From: Candidatus Limnocylindria bacterium
GTDB taxonomy: Bacteria; Chloroflexota; Limnocylindria; P2-11E
Assembly (NCBI GenBank): GCA_035543375.1
Contig: DASZZF010000023.1
Span: 9,538-73,537, forward strand
Reading direction: 5' to 3'
Length of the DNA: 64,000 bases
Positions 57,070 through 64,000 of the stretch are shown here, in pieces. Each line of letters begins with the position of its first letter. The stretch's first letter is position 1. Both the position numbers and the translations under genes were made by a program. Under the pieces are notes generated by a model. The model searched no databases, was not told the DNA's origin, and worked only from the letters and a program-made list of their open reading frames with translations.

Positions 57070-57756
57070 TCAGAGCCCCGGCACGTAGTCGAGCAGAACG
57101 GCGGCGACGAGGATCGCCACGGCAGCGATCACGATGAGGGCGAGTGGCACCACGTAGAACACGACGATCGCGACGAGCAGCACCACTAAGGCGCGTCGCG
57201 GCGGTATCGCGTAATGCGCCTCGATCGCGCGCCAAGCGATGACCGCGAGCCAGATGAGGCCCGCACTCCCGATCAGCTGCGCGACCTGCGGTCCGAGACC
57301 GCGGCCGTTCCCAAGGAGCGCCGCGGCCGCGTCCGCGGGAATGCGGGTTAGGGCCGTCGCGTAGGCGAAGAGCACCACCATCGGCAGATAGCGGGCGCGC
57401 TTCCCATCGAGTCGCGCGGCGGAATGGACGGCGCTCGATCCGAGGATCCAGAGCAGCATTGGGGAGAACGCGGTGACGACCACGACCGCGGTCCACGACT
57501 GCTCGATGAGGTACGCGACGACGGCGGTGCGATCGCGGCCGAGCGCATCGAGCAGCGCGCCGACCGCCGGACTGCGTTCGGGTCCGTAGAGGATGCTGCT
57601 CACGGGGACGTCGCCGATGAAGCGCGCCGCATTCACCGCGGCGACGGCCGTCGCGACGACGATGAGCGCCGCCGCGTTGACCAGGCGGCCGCGCGTGAGC
57701 ACCGCAGCGGCACCGAGCGACGGCGAGCGAGCCAGCATGACCAGCAGAGGGGTCAT
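57070..57756 (-). CDS. Yip1-like multi-pass membrane protein
   Basis: 228 aa with 5 hydrophobic segments. The ATG overlaps the upstream HDAC stop (ATGA). Family call is from topology and pattern only. Confidence 0.5.
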   Translation of the reverse strand: MTPLLVMLARSPSLGAAAVLTRGRLVNAAALIVVATAVAAVNAARFIGDVPVSSILYGPERSPAVGALLDALGRDRTAVVAYLIEQSWTAVVVVTAFSPMLLWILGSSAVHSAARLDGKRARYLPMVVLFAYATALTRIPADAAAALLGNGRGLGPQVAQLIGSAGLIWLAVIAWRAIEAHYAIPPRRALVVLLVAIVVFYVVPLALIVIAAVAILVAAVLLDYVPGL

Positions 57757-58865
57757 GCGAACGCGGCCGCCAGCGCAAGGCTGGCCGCAGCGTCGGTCGC
57801 GTGGTCGATCGAGCGCCGTTGATCTCCGGTCAGCACCGGCGGTTCGGCATCGTGCAGCTCTGCGGGGACCGGTGCGTCGAGCATGACGAGGAACTCGATC
57901 GACCAGCCGCGGCGCACGGCGTCGAGGTCGTACCCGCCACCGCCCATCGCGACCCACGGCAGGCCGAACGACCGGAACGCGCGCACACAGTGCTCGCGCG
58001 CGTGCGTCGACAGCTGGAGGTGCGTGAGCGGATCGGTGAAGTGCGAGTCGATGCCCTGCTGCGTCACGAGGACGTCCGGGCAGTAGCGCGCGATGAGCGG
58101 CGGAACGATCGCGTCGAACGCCCGGATATAGGCCGGGTCGTCGGTGAATGGCGGCAGCGCGACGTTCACGCTGTACCCGGCGCCGGGGCCGGTGCCGCGC
58201 TCCGCGGCGAACCCGGTGCCCGGGAAGAGCGATCGGCCGGTCTCGTGGAGCGAGATCGTGAGCACCTGATCGGTGTCGTAGAACGCCGCTTGCACGCCGT
58301 CGCCGTGGTGGGCGTCGATGTCCACGTACGCGACGCGCAGACCGCGATCCGCCAGCACGGCGCAGGCGATGGCCGGGTCGTTATAGATACAGAAGCCCGA
58401 GGCGCGATCGCGCATCGCGTGGTGCAGGCCGCCGGCGCCGTTGAAGGCGACGCGAAGCTGTCCGGACACGACCTCCTCGAGCCCGCGCAACGTCCCGCCA
58501 GTCGTGAGGAGCGAGGCTTCGTGCATGCCCGCGAACGGCGGCGTGTCGCCCCGCCGGGACATTCCCCACCGCGTGTAGTCGCGGTCCGGATCGGCGGAGG
58601 CAGCTCTGACCGCAGCGACGTATTCCGGCGAGTGGACGCGCTCGAGCTCGTCGAGGGTCGCATCGCGCGGCCGCAGGACGACCGCGTTCGGACGGTCGAA
58701 CGCGCCCAGCGCCCGTAACGTGTCGTACACACCGAGAAGCCGGCGCGGCTGCAGCGGATGGTCGTCGCGATAGACGTGCGACGCGAGCCGCGGGTCCCAG
58801 AGGAATGCCGCGCGGTCCGTCGCGCTGGTGCTCAGCGCTCGAGCGTCTCCATGAGCTCTCGCCAC
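57753..58865 (-). CDS. histone deacetylase/acetoin-utilisation (AcuC)-family deacetylase
   Basis: HP..P.R........L....HSPEY...GGLHHA......GFC.YND.A.A...L......[17 protein letters not shown]...D.VLT.S.H is the class I/II HDAC active-site pattern. Start set at GTG 58865 (uncertain), which overlaps the thyX 3' end. Confidence 0.8.
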   Translation of the reverse strand: MARAHGDARALSTSATDRAAFLWDPRLASHVYRDDHPLQPRRLLGVYDTLRALGAFDRPNAVVLRPRDATLDELERVHSPEYVAAVRAASADPDRDYTRWGMSRRGDTPPFAGMHEASLLTTGGTLRGLEEVVSGQLRVAFNGAGGLHHAMRDRASGFCIYNDPAIACAVLADRGLRVAYVDIDAHHGDGVQAAFYDTDQVLTISLHETGRSLFPGTGFAAERGTGPGAGYSVNVALPPFTDDPAYIRAFDAIVPPLIARYCPDVLVTQQGIDSHFTDPLTHLQLSTHAREHCVRAFRSFGLPWVAMGGGGYDLDAVRRGWSIEFLVMLDAPVPAELHDAEPPVLTGDQRRSIDHATDAAASLALAAAFA

Positions 58866-59680
58866 TCGCCGGCCGACATTCCGCTCGACTCGCGATCGAC
58901 CTGCTCGCCGCGGACGAGTCGCTTCACGACGGCGAGCCCCTTCGCCGACAGCTCGAAGGCGCCCATCCGGTGCTCCATGAATGCCGCATAGGTCAGGGGG
59001 ACCCACCGCTTCACGATGTCGAGCATCACATCGGCATAGACGCGGATCTCGTACTGCGCGTGCGCATCGGCCCGCAGCTTGAGGAAGTTCAGCAGGTTGT
59101 GCAGGTCGATCTTCCAGTACCACTGCGTGTAGAAGTTCACCGAGAGGTTCATCCGGGCCAGCTCGCGGGCGAGGCCCGACCGCGCCGGATCGATGGTCGC
59201 ACCCGATGCCGTTTCATTGAGCATTTCTTCGTAATGGTCGTAGGAGCGCTCGGCATCTTCGCGCAACAGCTGCATGACGCGGCGCGCTTCCTCGCCGGCG
59301 AGCACGTCCCCGCGGCCCTGGCGGTTCGATGTCGCCTGGGTACCGAGCTGATCGGGCTCGGGCACGTAGAACTCGCGATCGAGGATCGAATATCTCGCTG
59401 AATACTCGTTCACGGCGGCGGTGCGGGTACGGATCTGCTGCCGCGCAACGAAGATCGGCAGCTTCATGTGGAGCTTGACCTCGCACATCTCGAACGGTGA
59501 GGTGTGCCGGTGACGCATGAGGTAGCTGATCAGCCCCGCGTCCTCGCGGACCTTCTTCGTGCCGGCCCCGTAGGAAACCCGGGCCGCCTGCACGATCGCC
59601 GCGTCGTCGCCCATGTAATCGATGACCCGGACAAAGCCGTGGTCGAGCACGGGGATCGGCTCGTAGAGCGTCGCCTCCAT
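58832..59680 (-). CDS. thyX: FAD-dependent thymidylate synthase
   Basis: [25 protein letters not shown]...[12 protein letters not shown] (RHRxxS ThyX motif)...[20 protein letters not shown]. Start at ATG 59680. An alternative GTG lies at 59785. Confidence 0.88.
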   Translation of the reverse strand: MEATLYEPIPVLDHGFVRVIDYMGDDAAIVQAARVSYGAGTKKVREDAGLISYLMRHRHTSPFEMCEVKLHMKLPIFVARQQIRTRTAAVNEYSARYSILDREFYVPEPDQLGTQATSNRQGRGDVLAGEEARRVMQLLREDAERSYDHYEEMLNETASGATIDPARSGLARELARMNLSVNFYTQWYWKIDLHNLLNFLKLRADAHAQYEIRVYADVMLDIVKRWVPLTYAAFMEHRMGAFELSAKGLAVVKRLVRGEQVDRESSGMSAGEWRELMETLER

Positions 59681-59816
59681 CGCCGGCACGGTCGCGCGCC
59701 GGGTCTCGCGGATGGCCTCTCGCTGGGCCTCGATCTCCGCCCGTTGCGTCGCGTTGACCGTCGCCGCGCGTTCGAGCGTGTCCACCTGCGGCGAGTCTAG
59801 GACCGGGCAGTGTCGG

Positions 59817-61229
59817 CTAGCGCGTCGTCCCGAAGATCGCGAGACAGCCAAGCTTGAAGCTGACCCGCTGGGCGCTGAGCGGGAACGACACGGCGAGGGC
59901 GTCGAGCCGCGTCTGGATCTGCGAGCTGATCTGGCTCACCGCTGCGTCGGGGAGGATGCCCGCGTTCAGCTCGGCGATGCGCAGCAGCAGCTCGCCGTCC
60001 CGGGCACCCGCGGTCAGCCGTGCGGTCGCCGTGACCGGAAGCGGCCCGGCCGCGGCGTTCGCCGATGCCCTGATCCCGGAGCCGTCGATCGAGACCCGCA
60101 CATCATTCACGGTCACCGGACCGCTCACGCTCGCGACGCTGTTCGAGGCCATCGTCGTCAGCTGATCCGCCGTGAGGACGACCGCGACGGTCTGCCCGTG
60201 ATTTGCGGTCCCGAACGTCTGGGCCGCGTTCATCGTTTCGCTGGCCGTACCGCCGGAGAAGATCCGGCCGGCCGACTCCGCGCCGCACAGGCTCGCGAGC
60301 TTCACCAGCGGCGTGAACGGACCCGCGCTGGCCAACGGGCCGGATATCGTGACCGGCAGCGTGCTGCGCGCGAGGTCGCCGACAGCGAGCGTGCCGCTCA
60401 ACGTCGATCCACCGGCGGTGACCAGCGCTCCGTTCGCGGCACCGGCCGCGCTCAGCGTGACCGCGTACTGGCCGCTCGGCGGGTCGACGATCGTGACCGT
60501 GCCGCGATCGGTCGTGCATCCCGGGATCTGACGGATCGCGCCGCCACAGTTGAATCCGCGCGGATCGGTGACGGTGTAGCCCACACCCGCCGCGCCCGGC
60601 GTGAAGCGGAGCGTCGGCGTCGGCGGCTGGTGCGACGGCCCGTTCGGCGCCGGCGCGTTCTGTGGAACATCCACTTGGGTGCCGGGCGTCACGCTGACCG
60701 AACCACCGGCATTGGCCGTGACCAGCACGGCGCCCTCGTTGCCCTTCACGGTCGTCGTCACCACACCGTTCACGACCGCGACGACCGTCTCGAACGCGGT
60801 GCCGCGCACGGCCGCCGTCGAGGTCGGGGTCTTGATCTGGAACTGGGAGCCCGGAGCGAGCTTCTGCACCGAAGCCCAGGTCCGGCCGATCGTCTGTTCG
60901 ATGGTCACGTTGATCCCGTCAGCGCCGACGCGCGACAGGTTCGTGACGGTGACCTGCGACCCAGGCTCGACGGTGAGCGTGCTGCCTTCGAAGAAGGTCA
61001 GAACGGCGAGGCCTTGGGTGTTGGCGCGCACGATGTCGCCGTCGCTGACCACCTGCCCGTCGAGCGCCGGCACGAAGGCTCCGCCGGCGTGCATCAAGTC
61101 GACATCCCCCCGCACCACGGCCACCGTCGCGGCGTTCGCCGCACTCGCGACCGATCCACTGCGCGGGAAGTAGAGGAACCCGACGATCAGGACGACGAGC
61201 ACAAGGAGAACGATCCCCACCCGCCTCAC
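59817..61229 (-). CDS. membrane-anchored FecR-domain protein with a long Gly/Thr/Ala/Val-rich extracytoplasmic region
   Basis: TM helix [16 protein letters not shown], then VVRGDVDL....G.FVPA..GQ.V..GD.V.....G.AVL.F.EGS.L.V.P.S.V.V (FecR pattern). Start is uncertain (GTG 61229 or TTG 61304). Confidence 0.6.
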   Translation of the reverse strand: MRRVGIVLLVLVVLIVGFLYFPRSGSVASAANAATVAVVRGDVDLMHAGGAFVPALDGQVVSDGDIVRANTQGLAVLTFFEGSTLTVEPGSQVTVTNLSRVGADGINVTIEQTIGRTWASVQKLAPGSQFQIKTPTSTAAVRGTAFETVVAVVNGVVTTTVKGNEGAVLVTANAGGSVSVTPGTQVDVPQNAPAPNGPSHQPPTPTLRFTPGAAGVGYTVTDPRGFNCGGAIRQIPGCTTDRGTVTIVDPPSGQYAVTLSAAGAANGALVTAGGSTLSGTLAVGDLARSTLPVTISGPLASAGPFTPLVKLASLCGAESAGRIFSGGTASETMNAAQTFGTANHGQTVAVVLTADQLTTMASNSVASVSGPVTVNDVRVSIDGSGIRASANAAAGPLPVTATARLTAGARDGELLLRIAELNAGILPDAAVSQISSQIQTRLDALAVSFPLSAQRVSFKLGCLAIFGTTR

Positions 61230-61279
61230 AGCGAGCAGGTTAGCAGCCGGACGCCCGGGTGGCCGGTCACAGCGGGGTC

Positions 61280-61822
61280 TCAGCCGCGCCGCGCGCGCTC
61301 CCAATCGGCACGAAGCACCTCGGCGAGCCAGTGATCATGCCACCGCCCGTCGCGGAAGAAGTGCTCGCGCTCGACGCCGATCTCGCGATAGCCCGCTGTC
61401 CGGAGGCCGCGCTTGCTCGGCTCGTTCTCCATGAACGCGCTGGTCGTCAGCTTGTGGAGATTGAGCTCGCGGAATGCGTACTCCGTTCGGATGAGCATCG
61501 CTTCGGAGCCATAGCCCTTGCGCCACGCGCTCTTGTCCCCAATGAGCGTGCCGGTGTGGCCGTGCGAGTTCAGCCAATCGATCCCGAAGATGCCGGTGGA
61601 CCCGATTGTTCGGCCACCCGCCTCGATGACCCAGTGCACGGCATCCTTCGACTCGCCGGCGGTCTTGAACCATTCCTCTTCCTCGAACAGCGCGCGGCCC
61701 ATCGCGCTGACGAGATAGCGGGTGACGTCCATGTCGGACAGCCACTCGACGAATCGCGCGGGATCGGAATCATCGGGCGGGCGGAGGGTGACCAAGGTAC
61801 CGGTGAGCACTGGACCGAACAT
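61280..61822 (-). CDS. GNAT-family N-acetyltransferase (RimJ/RimL-like)
   Basis: L.TLRP....D......W..D..V..YL........EEEEWF......W.IE....IG..G.......H....G..IG....W.KGYG.EA......YAF.EL.LHK. Confidence 0.85.
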   Translation of the reverse strand: MFGPVLTGTLVTLRPPDDSDPARFVEWLSDMDVTRYLVSAMGRALFEEEEWFKTAGESKDAVHWVIEAGGRTIGSTGIFGIDWLNSHGHTGTLIGDKSAWRKGYGSEAMLIRTEYAFRELNLHKLTTSAFMENEPSKRGLRTAGYREIGVEREHFFRDGRWHDHWLAEVLRADWERARRG

Positions 61823-61857
61823 CTGCGCGAGGCATCGTATCGCGGCATCATGGGTGG

Positions 61858-63351
61858 ATGCGGCTCCATTTCCTCGGCGCGACGCGCACGGTGACCGGCT
61901 CCCAATACCTGCTCGAGACCGACCGCGCGAAAGTGGTCATCGATTGCGGAATGTTCCAGGGAAGCCCACACGATGTCGCCCGCAATCGGGTGCCCATCGC
62001 GTATGACCCGGCGACCATCGATGCCCTGCTCCTGACGCACGCGCATCTCGACCACTGCGGACTGATCCCCCATGTCGCCGCCGGTGGCCTGCGCGCACCG
62101 GTGTACGCGGTGAAGGGGACGGTCGACCTCGCGCGCCTGGTGTTGCTCGATTCGGCGAAGCTCCAGGAGGAATTCGCGAATCGTCACGAACGCTTCGCGA
62201 CGCGTCACCCGGACCGTGCTGCCGCCGAGGACGAGGAGACCGCCGCCGCGCTCGCCGTCGCCGTCAAGGAGGACCCGGAGTCCGCTGCCCGCAACACGCC
62301 GCCGGCGGCGGTCACCTCGGTGCGGGCGCCGCTCTACACCACGGCGGACGCGATGAGCGCGCTCGCGCAATTCCGCGGCATCGAATACGACCGCGAGCTC
62401 GAGGTCGCACCGGGCATCACCGCGACGTACCTCGATGCCGGCCACATCCTCGGCTCGGCGATCATCCGCGTGCGCGTCCGCGAGGCGGATCGCGAGCGGA
62501 TCATCGTGTTCAGCGGCGACCTCGGCCGGCCGGGCACGCCGATCATCCGCGACCCGACCGCCGTGAGCTCGGCCGACTACCTGCTCATCGAGTCGACCTA
62601 TGGCGGCCGCACGCACGAGCCCGAAGACGAAGCGATCCGGATGCTCGGCGAGGCCGTGAAGGCGGCGAGCGACGCGAAAGGTGTGCTGCTCGTGCCCTCG
62701 TTCGCGATCGGCCGGACGCAAGAGATCGTCTACGAGCTCGACCGGCTCCTGTCGAGCGGCACGATCCCCCACCTGCCGCTCTACCTCGACTCGCCGATGG
62801 CCCAGAAGGCCAGCGACGTCTATCGCGCCTACGCGGGCTATTTCGACGCGGAGACGCAGGCGCTCCTCGCGGAGCACGATGCGCCGCTCGACTATCCGGG
62901 CGCCGTCATGACGAACAGCGGGAAGGACTCGCTCGCGATCGAGCAGGCGGCGCGGCCGTACATGGTCGTCGCATCCAACGGAATGATCACGGGCGGCCGC
63001 ATCGTGCAGCACGTGAAGGCGCTCGTCGGCGATCCCGGCATGACACTGCTGTTCGTCGGTTATCAAGGCGATGGCACGATCGGGGCGGCGCTGCAGCAGG
63101 GCGCGCAGCGCGTGCGCATCGACGGCGCCGACCTCGACGTGCGCTGTCAGGTGCGGTCGATCAGCGGCTTCTCGGCGCACGCCGACGAGCCCGAGCTTCT
63201 CGGCTGGCTTGGGAATTTCACCCGGCGGCCCAAGACCACGTTCATCGTGCACGGCGATCCCGCGGCGCAGGCCGCGTTCGAACCGAAGGTCCGCTCACTC
63301 GGATTCGCGACGCGGATCCCTGTCTGGCGCGAGGCCGTCGAGCTCGACTAA
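61858..63351 (+). CDS. MBL-fold beta-CASP family hydrolase (RNA-metabolising type)
   Basis: FLGATRTVTGS.YLLE......IDCGMFQG...LLTHAHLDHCG.IP, followed by beta-CASP and C-terminal motifs (ESTYG, GF..SAHAD, VHGD). Confidence 0.85.
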   Translation: MRLHFLGATRTVTGSQYLLETDRAKVVIDCGMFQGSPHDVARNRVPIAYDPATIDALLLTHAHLDHCGLIPHVAAGGLRAPVYAVKGTVDLARLVLLDSAKLQEEFANRHERFATRHPDRAAAEDEETAAALAVAVKEDPESAARNTPPAAVTSVRAPLYTTADAMSALAQFRGIEYDRELEVAPGITATYLDAGHILGSAIIRVRVREADRERIIVFSGDLGRPGTPIIRDPTAVSSADYLLIESTYGGRTHEPEDEAIRMLGEAVKAASDAKGVLLVPSFAIGRTQEIVYELDRLLSSGTIPHLPLYLDSPMAQKASDVYRAYAGYFDAETQALLAEHDAPLDYPGAVMTNSGKDSLAIEQAARPYMVVASNGMITGGRIVQHVKALVGDPGMTLLFVGYQGDGTIGAALQQGAQRVRIDGADLDVRCQVRSISGFSAHADEPELLGWLGNFTRRPKTTFIVHGDPAAQAAFEPKVRSLGFATRIPVWREAVELD

Positions 63352-63383
63352 GTTCTTCCCAGGTCGTTCGCCGCAGCCGCCGG

Positions 63384-63851
63384 TTAGCTCGGCGGGAAGC
63401 TCGGCTGCAGCTCCCGCACATGTTCGCGCGAATGCTTCGCCTGATAGGCGCCGAGCCAGCCCGCGGTGACGTCACCGCGTTCGGCATGCCGCCCGATGCG
63501 GGCGACCGCGCCGGGCTGCTGGAGCAGCCGGACGATCTGGCCGTGGGCGGTCTGGATCCGCTTCGAGAGCGCCATCGGATCGGCGTCATTGTTCTTGCGC
63601 TCGAGCGCGACGGCGTCCTGATCGAACGCAGGAAGGGGGGGCCGATCCTGCTCGACGCAGAGGCGCACGCGCTCGGCGAAGATCTCCGCGGTATCGGCCA
63701 GGTGGCCGATGACCTCTTTTGCGGTCCACTCCGCCAGCCGCACCGCGCGGAGGCGCTCGTCCGGTGTACGGCGGACGATCGCGGCGATCGTCGCCGCATC
63801 GTCCGCAAGCGTGAACGCGGTCTCCTCGTCGTAGCTCAGTTCGTCGCTCAT
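63384..63851 (-). CDS. DinB-family (DinB_2 / mycothiol-maleylpyruvate-isomerase-like N-terminal domain) protein
   Basis: W.AKEV.GHL.D....F..R.......D.P......QD is a four-helix DinB pattern with conserved His residues (GHL...H...EH). Confidence 0.75.
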   Translation of the reverse strand: MSDELSYDEETAFTLADDAATIAAIVRRTPDERLRAVRLAEWTAKEVIGHLADTAEIFAERVRLCVEQDRPPLPAFDQDAVALERKNNDADPMALSKRIQTAHGQIVRLLQQPGAVARIGRHAERGDVTAGWLGAYQAKHSREHVRELQPSFPPS

Positions 63852-63852
63852 C

Positions 63853-64000
63853 TCACCACCGCCCGTACATCGGGTGACCCGGTTTCACCGCGACAAAGGT
63901 ACCTCGGCAGGAGACGCAGTCCTTGCCGCCCGCGGTCAGGGTCGCCTCGACCGTCGCCCGGTCGTCACCAGACTCGACGACCCGCGCCTCGAGCGTGATC
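63853..64000 (-). CDS. hotdog-fold (PaaI-like) thioesterase, C-terminal fragment (5' end outside window)
   Basis: Hand translation reads ..ITLEARVVESGDDRATVEATLTAGGKDCVSCRGTFVAVKPGHPMYGRW*. This is the typical C-terminal beta-strand pattern of PaaI/4HBT proteins. The stop lies 1 nt before the DinB ATG. Confidence 0.45.
   Translation of the reverse strand, partial: ITLEARVVESGDDRATVEATLTAGGKDCVSCRGTFVAVKPGHPMYGRW

Overview
Very GC-rich window (about two-thirds to 70% by eye, not computed), densely packed with roughly 75 protein-coding genes. The content (F420/LLM oxidoreductases, a DinB-family protein, ECF transporter, many near-leaderless starts) suggests an Actinomycetota-like or related Terrabacteria chromosome, but that is inference only. 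I found no rRNA, tRNA, CRISPR array, integrase or transposase. More than 20 gene junctions are 4-nt ATGA/GTGA/TTGA or 1-nt start/stop overlaps, which indicates long translationally coupled operons.

Layout:
- 1-3.6 kb: xanthine-dehydrogenase-family operon (large subunit fragment, FAD subunit, MocA, XdhC, DUF3024).
- 3.7-9.5 kb: accessory and DNA-damage neighbourhood. It holds an ERCC4 nuclease, VapBC, an ECF sigma factor plus Ogt, a YcaQ-type glycosylase, and two disrupted genes.
- 9.5-13.3 kb: second XDH-family S-L-M cluster.
- 13.3-23 kb: hbd; a TPK / orphan E1-alpha / binding protein / short LeuA-like operon; attenuator-controlled leuA; and a swivel-first fused aconitase-family protein.
- 25.7-35.6 kb: one minus-strand branched-chain amino-acid super-operon. 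Order is leader peptide and attenuator, 64-aa ORF, ilvB, short ilvN/M, ilvC, paralogous 64-aa ORF, ilvD, class-I aminotransferase, ilvA, leuC, leuD. leuB is divergent.
- 36.8-42.2 kb: ECF transporter operon with an embedded SDR and an M20 peptidase.
- 42-64 kb: GGT, DmpA, thiolase, two acyl-CoA dehydrogenases, a thioesterase, an acyl-CoA synthetase, a ParB/Srx-like protein plus deaminase, HDAC, thyX, a FecR-domain protein, a beta-CASP MBL hydrolase and DinB.

Most interesting observations:
- A pair of unrecognised paralogous 64-aa ORFs inside the ilv operon.
- Two unannotated leader-peptide attenuators (an Ile/Val/Leu-rich leader before ilvB, a Leu-Leu-Leu leader before leuA).
- An AcnB-like (swivel-first) LeuD-LeuC fusion.
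- An ECF sigma factor paired with an Ogt methyltransferase.
- Three phased DnaA-box-like repeats.
- Three disrupted genes.

Gene starts were chosen by hand from overlaps, SD motifs and family N-termini, and are less certain than stops.
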